Of a stretch of 64,000 nt of DNA, positions 18,220 through 28,443 are shown piece after piece. The first letter of the stretch is position 1; each line of letters starts with the position of its first letter. The stretch comes from Treponemataceae bacterium (GTDB taxonomy: Bacteria; Spirochaetota; Spirochaetia; Treponematales; Rectinemataceae), in assembly GCA_963677895.2 (NCBI GenBank), contig CAXXGJ010000025.1:128001-192000 (forward strand), in the 5' to 3' direction. Below the pieces are notes generated by a model. It was given only the letters and a program-made list of their open reading frames with translations. It did no database searches and had not been told where the DNA came from. Both the position numbers and the translations under genes were made by a program.

Positions 18220-19875
18220 TCAGGCGCCGGCCATCATCGCTTCCACGTCGGCGTCGGCGCCGCCTATACCCTTGATGCCGAATTTCTCGACGAGGACAGT
18301 CGCGACGGCGGGCGACAGGAAACCGGGGAGCGTCGGTCCGAGCCTGATGTTCCTGAATCCGAGGTACAGCAGGGCGAGCAGTACCAGCACGGCCTTCTGC
18401 TCATACCAGGCGATGTCGAAGGACAGGGGCAGCTTGTTCACGTCGTCCAGGCCGAAGATTTCCTTGAGCTTGAGAGCGATGAGGGCGAGCGAATAGGAGT
18501 CGTTGCACTGGCCGGCGTCGAGGACGCGGGGAATGCCGCCGATGTCGCCCAGATTCAGTTTGTTGTAGCGGTACTTCGCGCAGCCCGCGGTGAGGATGAC
18601 GGCGTCCTTGGGCAGCTTTTCCGCGACGTCGGTATAGTAGGAACGGCCGGGCTGGCGGCCGTCGCAGCCGGCCATCACGACGAAGCGTTTGATGGCGCCG
18701 GTTTTCACCGCGTTCACCACGGTGTCGGCCAGGGCGAAGACCTGGTCGTGGGCGAAGCCGCCGACAATCTCGCCGTTTTCGATTTCGGTTGGAGGCGGGC
18801 ATGTCTTGGCCAGGGCGACGATGGCGGAAAAATCCTTCATTTTACCGGGAGCGCGGTCCTCGATATGGACGCAGCCCTCGAAACCGACGACGCCGGTGGT
18901 GAAGACGCGCGCCTTGTAGCTTTCCCTGGGGGGAACGAGGCAATTCGACGTGAAGAGAACGGGGCCATGGAAGTTCTCGATGTCGCCGTTCTGGCTCCAC
19001 CAGGAGCCGCCGTAGTTTCCGTAGAGATTGTCGTACTTATCAAAGAAGGGATAGTAGTGGGCGGGCAGCATCTCGCCGTGCGTATAGACGTCGACACCCG
19101 TGCCCTTGGTCTGCTCGAGAAGGTCCTGGAGGTCGACGAGGTCGTGGCCCGAGATGAGGATGCCCGGCCTGTCGCGGACGCCGGTCTTCACGTTAGTGAC
19201 GCGGGGATTTCCGTAGGCTCCCGAATTGGCGCCGTCGAGCAGCGCCATGGCCTTTACGCCGTATTCGCCCGTCTCGAGGACGAGGGCGGTGAGCTGGTCG
19301 AGGCTCTTCGTGGCGTCGGTGAGGTCGGCGAGGGCGCGCAACATGAATTTGAACACCTCGGGCGACTTTTTGCCGATAGCCCAAGCGTGCTCGACGTAGG
19401 CGGCCATCCCTTTGAGCCCGTAAAGAACGAGGGATTGGAGGGCACGGACATTTTCGTCGGCGATTTCCTTCCAGCCGCCCTTGCCCTGGGAGGCCGCGGC
19501 GCGCAGGGCTTCGGGGCTGGCCGCCGTCCAGGTGGCCGCGTCGGGAAGGGATCCGCTCGTCTTGACGCCGGCCTTGGCGCAGGCGGCCCTGAGATTTTCG
19601 CGATATCCAAGACCTTCGAAGATCCAGCGCTCGAAATCCCGGTTCGAAAAATTGGCGTTGGTGATGGTGGCGAAAAGCATCCTGTCCACGAAGAATGCCG
19701 CGGCTTCGTCGTAGATTCCCTTTTCGGCCGCTTTCGTGGCCCAGAATCCAATACCTTTGCACACATGGATCATGAGATCCTGCAGATCCGACACTTCGGC
19801 GGTCTTGCCGCATACGCCCTTGGCCGCGGCGCAGCCCGAGTTTTTCATTGTTTCCTGACACTGATGGCAGAACAT
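18220..19875 (-). CDS. hcp: Hybrid cluster protein (hydroxylamine/NO reductase)
   Basis: MFCHQCQET...C...[33 protein letters not shown]; start set at the Met after GGAGG. Confidence 0.95.
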   Translation of the reverse strand: MFCHQCQETMKNSGCAAAKGVCGKTAEVSDLQDLMIHVCKGIGFWATKAAEKGIYDEAAAFFVDRMLFATITNANFSNRDFERWIFEGLGYRENLRAACAKAGVKTSGSLPDAATWTAASPEALRAAASQGKGGWKEIADENVRALQSLVLYGLKGMAAYVEHAWAIGKKSPEVFKFMLRALADLTDATKSLDQLTALVLETGEYGVKAMALLDGANSGAYGNPRVTNVKTGVRDRPGILISGHDLVDLQDLLEQTKGTGVDVYTHGEMLPAHYYPFFDKYDNLYGNYGGSWWSQNGDIENFHGPVLFTSNCLVPPRESYKARVFTTGVVGFEGCVHIEDRAPGKMKDFSAIVALAKTCPPPTEIENGEIVGGFAHDQVFALADTVVNAVKTGAIKRFVVMAGCDGRQPGRSYYTDVAEKLPKDAVILTAGCAKYRYNKLNLGDIGGIPRVLDAGQCNDSYSLALIALKLKEIFGLDDVNKLPLSFDIAWYEQKAVLVLLALLYLGFRNIRLGPTLPGFLSPAVATVLVEKFGIKGIGGADADVEAMMAGA

Positions 19876-19934
19876 TTCCACCTCCCGCATCTATGCGTGT
19901 AATCGGCGCCCCAGGGGCGGCCGTTGGGTTTCCC

Positions 19935-20366
19935 CTATTCCAATGCTCGATCGACGCGGGAAAAACTGCGGGCGATATCGTCTATCGTCGTGTTTTCGAG
20001 CGTCGCTCTCACTTTTTCTTCCACATCGTCGCAAAGCGACTTGAACGCGCATGTTTTCGTCGCGCATATGGCGCGCTCGAAGAGGCAGTAGTTGGAGGGC
20101 AAGGGCCCGTCGAGCGCCTCGAGCACTTCCATGCAGGGCATTTCGGAGGCGGGCTTGAGCAGGGAAAAGCCGCCGCCGATGCCGCGCACCGAGGCGATGA
20201 TGCCCTTGGCGGCGAGGCTCTGCAGAATCTTGGCCAGGTAGCTGGGAGAGACGCCGAGACGCTCGGCGGCGGCCTTCGCGGCGATCGAGCCGCCGTCGCG
20301 GGATGCCAGCGCGAGAGCGTGGAGCGCGGCGTTCGTTCTATCCGAGATCGCCAGTACTCTGTCCAT
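19935..20366 (-). CDS. Rrf2 family regulator with three clustered C-terminal Cys (probable Fe-S/NO sensor)
   Basis: SYLAKILQSL, SVRGIGGGFSL, CLFERAICATKTC. Confidence 0.9.
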   Translation of the reverse strand: MDRVLAISDRTNAALHALALASRDGGSIAAKAAAERLGVSPSYLAKILQSLAAKGIIASVRGIGGGFSLLKPASEMPCMEVLEALDGPLPSNYCLFERAICATKTCAFKSLCDDVEEKVRATLENTTIDDIARSFSRVDRALE

Positions 20367-20430
20367 TCATGCTCCTTGGCATTGCGGCCGACTTGTCTCT
20401 TAGGATTTGTTCGGGTTGCCGTCGTGCCGC

Positions 20431-20480
20431 TTAAATCAGATATGCATATCCTATTTTAACGCATTTTTGGATTTTGTCAA
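20431..20480 (-). promoter_or_regulatory. Rrf2-hcp promoter with palindromic operator
   Basis: TTAAAT-CA-GATATGCATATC-CT-ATTTTAA with a perfect 12 bp core; minus-strand TTGACA (20480-20475) and TAAAAT. Confidence 0.6.
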
Positions 20481-20501
20481 GGGCGGACGAGCGCTTAACC
20501 T

Positions 20502-23500
20502 TCAGACCCGGGTGAGGTTTTCGATCGTCAGGCTTATGGCGCCCCTGTTGTTCTCGACGAGGCCGGCGATCCAGAGCGGGTGTTCTTCGAAGAGCAGGTG
20601 GCGGTATTTGCGGTAGGCCTCGGGAAAGAGAACCGCCTCGAAGATGGCCGTCTCGTCTTCGAAGGAGACGAACTCCATGGTTTCCTCGCTGGAGGTGAGG
20701 ACGGGCTTGGCCGTTATGGGCCAGCCGAGGAGGCGGACGCGGCGGCCCACGTTGCGCCGCAGGTCGATGGCGCGCTCGCGGGGGGCGGCAAAGGCGCGCG
20801 GCCAGAGCTCCAGGGGATGGGAATCAAGGGTGGTGCCGAGGTATTTGAGCTCGGCGACGCGCTTCTTGCGCGTGGAGCCTGGAGGGGGTTCGGGAGCGCG
20901 CGGCGCCGGGGTGTGCGGCTCGCGGGCGCGGGACGCCTGAGCGCGGGGCTCCAGGCGGCGGGGCTCAGGGACGAGGCTTTCGCCATCGGGCGCGAAAAGT
21001 TCGAGCGGCCTGCCGGCGGCTAGGGAAGCGCCTGAGGTTCCAGGGAGGCAGGAAGCCCCGGGGCCGCCCGAGGTGGCGGGGCCTCCCGCCACGCCCTCGC
21101 GCGCCGCGCAGAGGGAAAGGAGAACCATGAGGGCGTCGGAGCGTTTCGCGCCTCCAAGGAGGCTGTCGAAGGCACCCGAGCCCACCAGGGCTTCGGCGTC
21201 GGTCCGCTCGAAGCGCTGGCGGCGCGCGAAGTCCTCGACGGAAAGGTAAGGCCCTCCCCGCTTCCGTTCGCGGAGCATGTCGGCGGCGACGCCCGCGCCG
21301 AGCGAGGAGAGCATGCAGAAGCCGAAGCGGATCTTGCCTCTTCGACCCCTGCATCGCTGGTCGCTCAGGTTGATGTCGGGAGGAAGGAGGGCGAGCCCCA
21401 TCCGCCTCGATTCGCTCGCGTAGGCAAGCGTGGAGTAGAATCCCCCGTGGTTGGAGAGGACGGCCGCCATGAACTCGGCGGGATAGTGGGCGCGCAGGTA
21501 GGCGGACTGGAAGGAGAGCATGGCATAGCTGGCGGAATGGGCCTTCACGAAGGAATAGCCTGAGAACGAACAGATCATGGCCCAGACCGCCTCGGTGCTG
21601 ACCTCGTCGGCGCCCTGCGCCGCGGCGCCTTCGAAAAAAGCGCTCCTGTATTCCTGGAGCCTGGTGTCGGCGTCCTTCTTCGAAAGGATCTTGCGGATGC
21701 CGTCGGCTTCGGAAGAGGAGAAGCCGGCGAGGGCTATGGCCGCCTTCGACACGTCCTCCTGGTAGCAGAGGATGCCGTAGCTTTCGTCGAAAAGCCCTTT
21801 GAGAAGGGGATGAAAGGCCTTCCAGGACTTGCCCCGCAGGCGATCGACATATTCGTCTATATATTTGTTCGCCGCGGGACGGATGATGGACGAATGGATG
21901 ACAAGGTGCTCGAAATCCCCCCTCCCCGTCTTGATCTGCAAAAGGCGCATGGCGGGGCTCTCCACGTAGAAGACGCCCATCGTGTCCCCCCGCGCGAGAA
22001 GGGCGACCGTGTCGGCGTCGTCGATCGGCTTCCATTTTCCCGTATCGAAGGACGGATCGTTTTCGCGCAGGTCGGCAAGCGCGTCCCTGACGACGGCGAG
22101 CGAGCGGTTTCCGAGAAGGTCTATTTTCACGAGGCCAGCCTCCTCCGCCCCCTCCTTGTCCCAGGCGATCACCCTTATGCCATTGCCCGTCTCCTCGACC
22201 GGAACGTGGTCGACCAGATTGTCCGGCACGATGATGACGCCGCCCGAATGCGTGCCCAGATGCCGCGGCAGGCCGACGATGCCCGCCGCCCGCCGCGCGA
22301 TGATCTTCCATTCGGGATCGGCCGAAGAGAGGGTCCCGTCGGTATCCACCTTGAGGGAGCGCTCGAAGTCCGAAATCTCGGCGTCGGGCATGCCGAAGGC
22401 CCTGGCGGTTTCGCGCAGGCCCGAGCGCGAGCGGAAGCAATTGTGGTTGGCCACCCTGGCCGTATGCTCGGGCCCGTAGGCTTTCACCACTTCGTCCAGG
22501 AGGGCGTCGCGCTCGTCCCAGGCGAAATCCACGTCGATGTCGGGCGGGTCTTTCCGCCCCGGGTTCAGGAAACGCTCAAAGTAGAGGGAATGGCGGATGG
22601 GATCGACCTCGGTGATGCCGAGGCAGTAGGCGACGATGCTCGCGGCCGCGCTGCCGCGGCCGCATATGCGCGATGCCTTCTTTATTATGTCCCAGACCAC
22701 GAGAAAATAGTCGCAGAATCCCTTGGACTCGATGAGCGCAAGTTCGCGCTCGATTCTCGCTTTCACCTCGGCGGTCACGGGCGAGTAGCGCCACGCCGCG
22801 CCTTCGTAGACGTAACGGCGAAGAAGTTCGGAGGATGAGGCCTCGGGGCTTGCCCTATGCGTCGCTTCCGAAACGGCGGCAGGGCTTTCCATATGGGTCT
22901 TTTCCGGAACGGCGGCGGCCGCCATTCCGAAACGGGGGAAGACAAAGCCCGAAAATGGCTCTCCCAGGGCTTCGCGCGCGATGAGGGCGTTGAAGGCGAA
23001 GGCTTCCTCCATCCACGCGGCCTGGGAAGGGAGAACGGCCCAGGGGCCGGCGGCCGGGACGACATCTGGGCCGGCACCTGGAGCGGCGGCTGAAGCGGCG
23101 GCCGGGACGGCATTCCAGAGCGCCTCGGGCGGGTCCAGCAAGTCGTCGCCGATATCGTGGATCGTGAGGTTCGCGCCGATGGCAAGAAGCAACCGCTGAA
23201 CTTCGCGCTGCTCCGGCTCGAGAAAGCTCGCCTCTGGCGTCGCGACGGGCCTGTGGCCTGAGGCGGCGAGGCGGCGCCACTTGGTTCTGTTGCAGGGCGT
23301 GACGAGGGCGAAGAGGTAATAGCGGGGTGAAAAGCGCGCGAGGAGGTTCTCGTCGTCCGTGAGGATGAAGAGGTCGCAGGAGCTTGCTTCCAGGATGCCA
23401 GCCACGGCTCCCCGGAGATCGTAGGGGGGAAGGCGACCCTTTCCGCGACGCTTCGCCGGCCTATCGGCCTTTTCGGCCGCCTCCGCGGTCGCGGAGGCGG

Positions 23501-23783
23501 CAGCCCTCGCGGTCAGGAGCCGCGAAATCGCCGAAAATCCCGCCTTCGTCGCGGCGATGAGGACGGCGCGGCCTCCTTCATACACAAGCTCCGTTCCGAC
23601 GATCGGTTTCAAGCCCGCCTTTCGGCAGGCCTCCGTGAAGGTGGGGAGGCCATAGACGCCGTTCCGGTCCGTCAGCCCGAGGCGCGGCAGGCCTGCTGCC
23701 TTCGCCGCCGCCACCCACGCCGCGGGCTGGACGACGCCGCGCATCATCGAGTAGGAGGAGCGGACGACGAGGGGCACGAGCAT
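20502..23783 (-). CDS. dnaE2: Error-prone DNA polymerase III alpha subunit (DnaE2/ImuC)
   Basis: PHP LGLTDRNGVYG, GRGSAA, FERFLN...PDIDVDF, PRHLGTHSGG, GYSFVKAH, C-terminal OB fold; follows imuB. Confidence 0.88.
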   Translation of the reverse strand: MLVPLVVRSSYSMMRGVVQPAAWVAAAKAAGLPRLGLTDRNGVYGLPTFTEACRKAGLKPIVGTELVYEGGRAVLIAATKAGFSAISRLLTARAAASATAEAAEKADRPAKRRGKGRLPPYDLRGAVAGILEASSCDLFILTDDENLLARFSPRYYLFALVTPCNRTKWRRLAASGHRPVATPEASFLEPEQREVQRLLLAIGANLTIHDIGDDLLDPPEALWNAVPAAASAAAPGAGPDVVPAAGPWAVLPSQAAWMEEAFAFNALIAREALGEPFSGFVFPRFGMAAAAVPEKTHMESPAAVSEATHRASPEASSSELLRRYVYEGAAWRYSPVTAEVKARIERELALIESKGFCDYFLVVWDIIKKASRICGRGSAAASIVAYCLGITEVDPIRHSLYFERFLNPGRKDPPDIDVDFAWDERDALLDEVVKAYGPEHTARVANHNCFRSRSGLRETARAFGMPDAEISDFERSLKVDTDGTLSSADPEWKIIARRAAGIVGLPRHLGTHSGGVIIVPDNLVDHVPVEETGNGIRVIAWDKEGAEEAGLVKIDLLGNRSLAVVRDALADLRENDPSFDTGKWKPIDDADTVALLARGDTMGVFYVESPAMRLLQIKTGRGDFEHLVIHSSIIRPAANKYIDEYVDRLRGKSWKAFHPLLKGLFDESYGILCYQEDVSKAAIALAGFSSSEADGIRKILSKKDADTRLQEYRSAFFEGAAAQGADEVSTEAVWAMICSFSGYSFVKAHSASYAMLSFQSAYLRAHYPAEFMAAVLSNHGGFYSTLAYASESRRMGLALLPPDINLSDQRCRGRRGKIRFGFCMLSSLGAGVAADMLRERKRGGPYLSVEDFARRQRFERTDAEALVGSGAFDSLLGGAKRSDALMVLLSLCAAREGVAGGPATSGGPGASCLPGTSGASLAAGRPLELFAPDGESLVPEPRRLEPRAQASRAREPHTPAPRAPEPPPGSTRKKRVAELKYLGTTLDSHPLELWPRAFAAPRERAIDLRRNVGRRVRLLGWPITAKPVLTSSEETMEFVSFEDETAIFEAVLFPEAYRKYRHLLFEEHPLWIAGLVENNRGAISLTIENLTRV

Positions 23784-23785
23784 GG

Positions 23786-24979
23786 TCAGGCCCTCCCTTC
23801 CGACAGGCGGGGGACGAGGATGCCGGCCGTCATGAACGCGCAGGGAGTCAGGGCGACAAATCCATATTTTCGGTGAACCTTGTCCAGGGCCGTCTGCAGC
23901 CGCGCTGACTTCGATTCCGAGGGCTCGAAGAGGTCGAGTTCGGGCCCCGCCGCGCCGAATTCGGAAAGCTCGACGCCGAGGCGGCGCACCCGCACGCGGC
24001 GCTCCATGGCTCGCTGGGCTATGTCCCAGGCCATGGCGGCGATCTCGTCGTCCCTCGTGAGGATGCGCGGCGACCGGGCCGAAGCTGAGGCGAAGCGCCC
24101 GTCGCTGTAGTCGATCCTGAGCGTCACCTTCCGCGCGCCGAGGTTTTCCTTGCGCGCGGCGAAGCCGAGGGTCGCCGCGAGATAGGCGAGATGAAGGCGG
24201 AGCGCCTCCTGCTCGGCGGTGTCGGGCTCGAGAACCGCGGAATCCCTGAGGCAGCGCCTTTCGGGGGGCTCGGGATTGACCGGCGAATCGTCGATGCCTC
24301 TCGCCCTCGCCACGAGGTCGGGTCCGCGGGGGCCGATGGCCCTCGCCTGAAAGGCTCCAAGGTCGGCTATCCCGCCGATATCGTCGATATCGAGGAGACT
24401 GAGCCTGTCCTTGAGCACCGGGCCCACGCCGGGCAGAAGCTCCACGGGCTGAAGCCTGACAAGGCTGGATTCCTCGTGCGGAAGGAGGGCGACGAAGCCG
24501 CCCGGCCTGAATACCCTGGTGGCCACCTTCGACACCGTCTTGTTCGAGGCGAGAGCGAGGCTCGGCTGAATGCCGGTCTCCTCCATTATTCTAATCCGGA
24601 TCTTTTGGGTCGCGTCCTCAGGCACGCCGTTTATGCGAGAGGTTCCCGCCAGATCGATGAAGAGATGTCCCTGCCCGGCCTTCTCGACGAGGGGAGAAAA
24701 GGACATGCCGATCTCCCACATGGCGTCGTCAGCTTTTCGGTACAGGTCAGGGTGAGGAGGCCTCACCGCGAGGCCGGGAAGACGGTGCCGCGCCAGCGAC
24801 AGCATCATGCCCCGCCTGATGCCTTCCCTGTGCGCTTCCGGCGAAAGATCGAGGACGATGGCGCGGGCAGCTCCCTCCCTCGCGACCACGAAGGGACGTG
24901 ACCTGAGGCTGCGGTCCAGCCCCTCCTCGATGGCGGCCATGAGACCCACGGCGTTGACGTGGAGGACCGTGCCGCCCAT
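23786..24979 (-). CDS. imuB: Y-family polymerase homolog lacking catalytic acids (ImuB-like)
   Basis: HVNAVGLMAAIE in place of HxDxDxFyAsvE; GQGHLFID in place of SIDEAxLD; LPGVG HhH; ELDLF clamp-like motif. Confidence 0.75.
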   Translation of the reverse strand: MGGTVLHVNAVGLMAAIEEGLDRSLRSRPFVVAREGAARAIVLDLSPEAHREGIRRGMMLSLARHRLPGLAVRPPHPDLYRKADDAMWEIGMSFSPLVEKAGQGHLFIDLAGTSRINGVPEDATQKIRIRIMEETGIQPSLALASNKTVSKVATRVFRPGGFVALLPHEESSLVRLQPVELLPGVGPVLKDRLSLLDIDDIGGIADLGAFQARAIGPRGPDLVARARGIDDSPVNPEPPERRCLRDSAVLEPDTAEQEALRLHLAYLAATLGFAARKENLGARKVTLRIDYSDGRFASASARSPRILTRDDEIAAMAWDIAQRAMERRVRVRRLGVELSEFGAAGPELDLFEPSESKSARLQTALDKVHRKYGFVALTPCAFMTAGILVPRLSEGRA

Positions 24980-25935
24980 CAGCCGCCTCCTTTCGAATCA
25001 ACGGCGTTCGATACGCTGTCCCCGGAAAGCCCGGCCCATAGTTCGGCCATGAGCGCCGCGCTCGCCGCCGCTCCATTTCCCCCGCCCGCCGTTACGTTTC
25101 CGTCGCCCGCCGCCACGCCGTATTCGCCCGCCGCGTTTCCGCCGCCCGGCGCGAAAATCACCCTGAGCTTGGCCGCCTGGGCCGCGAGCGCCTCGAGCCG
25201 GGGCAGCCAAGAGGACAAATCGGTCCTGTCGTTGAGTTTCAGGTACACGAGGGAAGAGGTCACGACATCGATGGAAGGAGGCGATCCCGGCTTCCTTGGC
25301 ATGTCGAGAAGGCAAAGAGCCACGCCGCGCGCCTTCAGGCCCTCGATGACCCGCGCCGAATACCAGTCGGCGCCGTAGAAAGCCACGGCGAGGGGCAAGC
25401 CCGAAAGATCCTTCGTCACGCGGTCGAGATGCCGGCGCGCGGCGGCGCCGTAGGAGCAGGAAGCGGGAAATTCGATGAGGAGAGCGGCTATGGCTGCCTT
25501 GGCCCAGGGCGTCGCCATGAGACGGCGGCAATCGGCGACGGCTTTCGCATAGGCGGCTTCCCTGTCCGCCGCCGTTGCCGCGCCTTCCGCCGTCGGCCTT
25601 CCCTTCGCCAATCCGCCCTCCCCCAGCATTCCCTCGGCCGGCCCGATGAAGTCTTCGCCCAGGCGGAGACAAAGATCGGAGAAGCCTCGCGCCAAGGTCG
25701 GCGCGGACGCCAAGGCCGAAGCAGGCACCAAAGCCGAGGCGGGCGCCAAGGCACCTTTCGGAGCGGACTGCGGGGCTGGACCGGCAGGCGCCAGTGTCCA
25801 CGCCCAGGCCCCGAAAGGCAGCTCCACCGTCGTGAGACCCGGGACAGGCGACGCGCCTAACTCGCGGGGTCCATTCCCCGCGGGCGCGATGCCAAAGTGG
25901 ACATCGGGCGATATCATCCACCTGTCTCCGATCAT
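24979..25935 (-). CDS. DUF72-like protein, divergent, with low-complexity insertions
   Basis: TVELPF, ALLIEFPASCSY, LPLAVAF, GVALCLLDMP, VTSSLVYLK; first gene of the cassette. Confidence 0.55.
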   Translation of the reverse strand: MIGDRWMISPDVHFGIAPAGNGPRELGASPVPGLTTVELPFGAWAWTLAPAGPAPQSAPKGALAPASALVPASALASAPTLARGFSDLCLRLGEDFIGPAEGMLGEGGLAKGRPTAEGAATAADREAAYAKAVADCRRLMATPWAKAAIAALLIEFPASCSYGAAARRHLDRVTKDLSGLPLAVAFYGADWYSARVIEGLKARGVALCLLDMPRKPGSPPSIDVVTSSLVYLKLNDRTDLSSWLPRLEALAAQAAKLRVIFAPGGGNAAGEYGVAAGDGNVTAGGGNGAAASAALMAELWAGLSGDSVSNAVDSKGGG

Positions 25936-25941
25936 ACGTTA

Positions 25942-25971
25942 ATTATAACTATACATTTGTTAAGTATTCAA
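25942..25971 (-). promoter_or_regulatory. Probable leaderless promoter of the mutagenesis cassette with an internal palindrome
   Basis: TTGAAT-N18-TATAAT-N6-ATG; TAAC-N9-GTTA at 25946..25962. Confidence 0.55.
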
Positions 25972-26037
25972 GAGTAAAAAGCGGGCCTTTTATTGACCGA
26001 TATCCTGATACGTCGCTATGTAATTCTCACATCTATT

Positions 26038-26096
26038 GTTGACTGGTCCTAAAAACCATGTTACAAATAATTTATTATTACGATGTTTTTTTATTA
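26038..26096 (+). promoter_or_regulatory. Left island promoter/operator
   Basis: GTTGAC-N14-ATGTTACAAATAATTTATTATTACGATGTTTTTTTATTA; inverted homolog at 36110..36168. Confidence 0.75.
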
Positions 26097-26125
26097 CTAG
26101 ACTTATACGACGTATGGGGGTGCCC

Positions 26126-27292
26126 ATGTATGACTTTGATTCGCTCCTCTCGAGAAGAGGAACTTCTTCCACCAAATGGGATGCCCTTTCCAGAGACTAC
26201 GGCAACGCCAACTTGCTCCCTTTTTGGGTCGCCGATATGGATTTCGAACTCCTGCCGGAACTAAACGAAGCATTGAGACAGCGCACCATCAATGCAACAT
26301 ATGGATATACCTTTGCCAGCGATTCATACTTCCATAGCATTGAAAAGTGGTATGCGGTGCGTCATGAGATGTCGATAAAGAAAGAAGAAATCGTCAACGT
26401 GCCCGGCGTGCTCACCGGGCTCAGCTTGGCGATAAGCGCCCTATGTGGAAAGAACGACAGAATCCTCATCAATACTCCCGCATACCCTCCTTTTTTATCG
26501 CTTGCAAAAAACAGCGATCTTGAGCTGGTTCACTCGCCCCTTCTCAAGAAAAAGGTAGGATATGAATTTGATTTTCAGGATATTGAAAAAAGGCTTAAGC
26601 AAGGAATACGTTGTCTCGTTTTATGTAGTCCTCATAATCCGGTAGGCCGCGTCTGGACTCGGAACGAGCTCGCCAGAATTGTGGAATTGTGCGATTCGTA
26701 TGGGACCTTCATCCTTTCGGACGAAATACATTGCGATCTTGTCTATCCAGGTCACCAGCACCTACCCTTGACAAGCATATCGGAACGCGCAAAACAAATT
26801 TCCCTTATCGCTTCCGCCCCGAGCAAGACATTCAATATTGCCGGCCTGAAAAACTCTTATCTGGTCATTCCGAATAGCGAGGTTCGCGAAAAGATAAAAG
26901 CGATGGTCGAGAAATATCATCTCTATACCAACCTTTTCGGGTTATTGGCAACCGAGATCGCCTACAGCCATGGCGACGAGTGGCTGGACGAACTATTGGC
27001 CTATCTCTGGAAGAACGCATGTTTTGTACGCGATTTTGTGGCGCACAGAAAACTAAAGATCAACGTGGAGCTGCCTGAAGCGACCTATCTGATGTGGATG
27101 GACTTCTCCAGATATGGCATGAGCCAAGAAGCGCTAATGGAAAGACTAAAAAACGTTGCCGGGGTCGCGCTGAACAACGGTCTTGATTTTGGGGACCAGT
27201 ATCTCGGGTATGCGCGATTGAATATCGGCACAACGAGGAAGTTACTCGAGGAAGGCATGAGGCGCATTGCCGATGCCTTCATTGACCTCTGA
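26126..27292 (+). CDS. MalY/PatB-family PLP-dependent C-S lyase
   Basis: RRGTSSTKWD, LPFWVADMDF, LCSPHNPVGRVW, SDEIHCD, APSKTFNIAG. Confidence 0.9.
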   Translation: MYDFDSLLSRRGTSSTKWDALSRDYGNANLLPFWVADMDFELLPELNEALRQRTINATYGYTFASDSYFHSIEKWYAVRHEMSIKKEEIVNVPGVLTGLSLAISALCGKNDRILINTPAYPPFLSLAKNSDLELVHSPLLKKKVGYEFDFQDIEKRLKQGIRCLVLCSPHNPVGRVWTRNELARIVELCDSYGTFILSDEIHCDLVYPGHQHLPLTSISERAKQISLIASAPSKTFNIAGLKNSYLVIPNSEVREKIKAMVEKYHLYTNLFGLLATEIAYSHGDEWLDELLAYLWKNACFVRDFVAHRKLKINVELPEATYLMWMDFSRYGMSQEALMERLKNVAGVALNNGLDFGDQYLGYARLNIGTTRKLLEEGMRRIADAFIDL

Positions 27293-27333
27293 TATACATC
27301 GTTTGCAGATAATCACAGGATGGAGGTGAAACA

Positions 27334-28443
27334 ATGGATCGAAAAGCCATAGATCTCATTTTTCTTTCTGAAAAAGACATGATCGAATCCGGAGTGCAGG
27401 ATACGAAAAAATGCCTTGCCGTGATGGAAGAAACCTTTCGTTTACTTGGAGAAGGTGACTATCTCATGGGCGGACCGAATGGTAACAGCCATGGAAGTCT
27501 GCTATGGTTCCCCGAACAAAGCCCCTTCCCGAAGATGCCGATAGCGGGCCCTGACAGGCGATATATGGCAATGCCGGCATACCTAGGCGGACGATTCAAC
27601 ATGACCGGGGTAAAATGGTACGGATCAAACATCAAGAACCCGGAAAAGGGTTTGCCTCGTTCTGTACTGCTTGTCTGCCTCAATGATGCGGATACCGGCG
27701 AGCCTTTGGCCATAATGTCAGCGAATCTCCTCAGCGCCATGAGGACTGGCTGCGTGCCAGGAGTGGCCACGAAGTACCTCGCCCGAAAAAATGCGAAGAC
27801 GCTTGGGATAGTCGGATGTGGGGTGATGAACAAGGCCTGTTCCAAGGCGATCCTGGAAAACCTACCAGGGGGAGAAAAAGTCTATATTTACGATATAGTC
27901 CGACGAAACGCGGAAAAATTCGCTTCGGAACTATCAAAAGAATATGGTTTGGAAATGGTTATCGTCGAGAGCCTCGAGGCCGCGATCTCCGATTCGGATG
28001 TTGTCAGCATCGCGGCTTCAGGCTCGATTGCGGTCAAGGTAGAAAAGAATTGGCTGAAGAAAGGATGCTTATTCACGATAACCGGACATGTTGACCTGGA
28101 AGACAGCTGCTATATCGAAAACAAACTCATATTTGACGATTGGAAAATGCACAAAGCCTGGCTCGAAGAAGGCTTGATGCATGAAAAAGGAATTATAAGC
28201 ATTTCGAAATGGGTTCCTTCTTACCAGATACTGAAGTTATACGATGACGGACTATTGCCCGATGACAGAATGTTCAGCCTTGGGGATGTCGCCTTCGGCA
28301 AGGAACCGGGAAGAAAAAACGATGAAGAGATAATCATCTTCTCCGCGGGTGGGTTACCGGTTGAAGATGTCTCCTGGGGTTATTCCGTATACCAAGAAGC
28401 TTTGGCTAAGGGTTTGGGCCAAAAACTCGCGCTTTGGGGATAA
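27334..28443 (+). CDS. Ornithine cyclodeaminase/mu-crystallin family protein ('tyramine oxidase subunit B'-like)
   Basis: GPDRRYMAMPAYLGG, KWYGSN...GLPRS, LSAMRTG, GCGVMN Rossmann motif, GLPVED. Confidence 0.85.
   Translation: MDRKAIDLIFLSEKDMIESGVQDTKKCLAVMEETFRLLGEGDYLMGGPNGNSHGSLLWFPEQSPFPKMPIAGPDRRYMAMPAYLGGRFNMTGVKWYGSNIKNPEKGLPRSVLLVCLNDADTGEPLAIMSANLLSAMRTGCVPGVATKYLARKNAKTLGIVGCGVMNKACSKAILENLPGGEKVYIYDIVRRNAEKFASELSKEYGLEMVIVESLEAAISDSDVVSIAASGSIAVKVEKNWLKKGCLFTITGHVDLEDSCYIENKLIFDDWKMHKAWLEEGLMHEKGIISISKWVPSYQILKLYDDGLLPDDRMFSLGDVAFGKEPGRKNDEEIIIFSAGGLPVEDVSWGYSVYQEALAKGLGQKLALWG

Noticed and set aside
18154..19902. Long antisense ORFs (also 15015..16175, 36561..37973, 39396..40805, 50499..52022)
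   Set aside because: Shadow frames of well-supported genes in high-GC DNA with no recognisable motifs
23786..24979. Active DNA polymerase IV (dinB)
   Set aside because: The catalytic Asp/Glu motifs are replaced, so it was called ImuB-like
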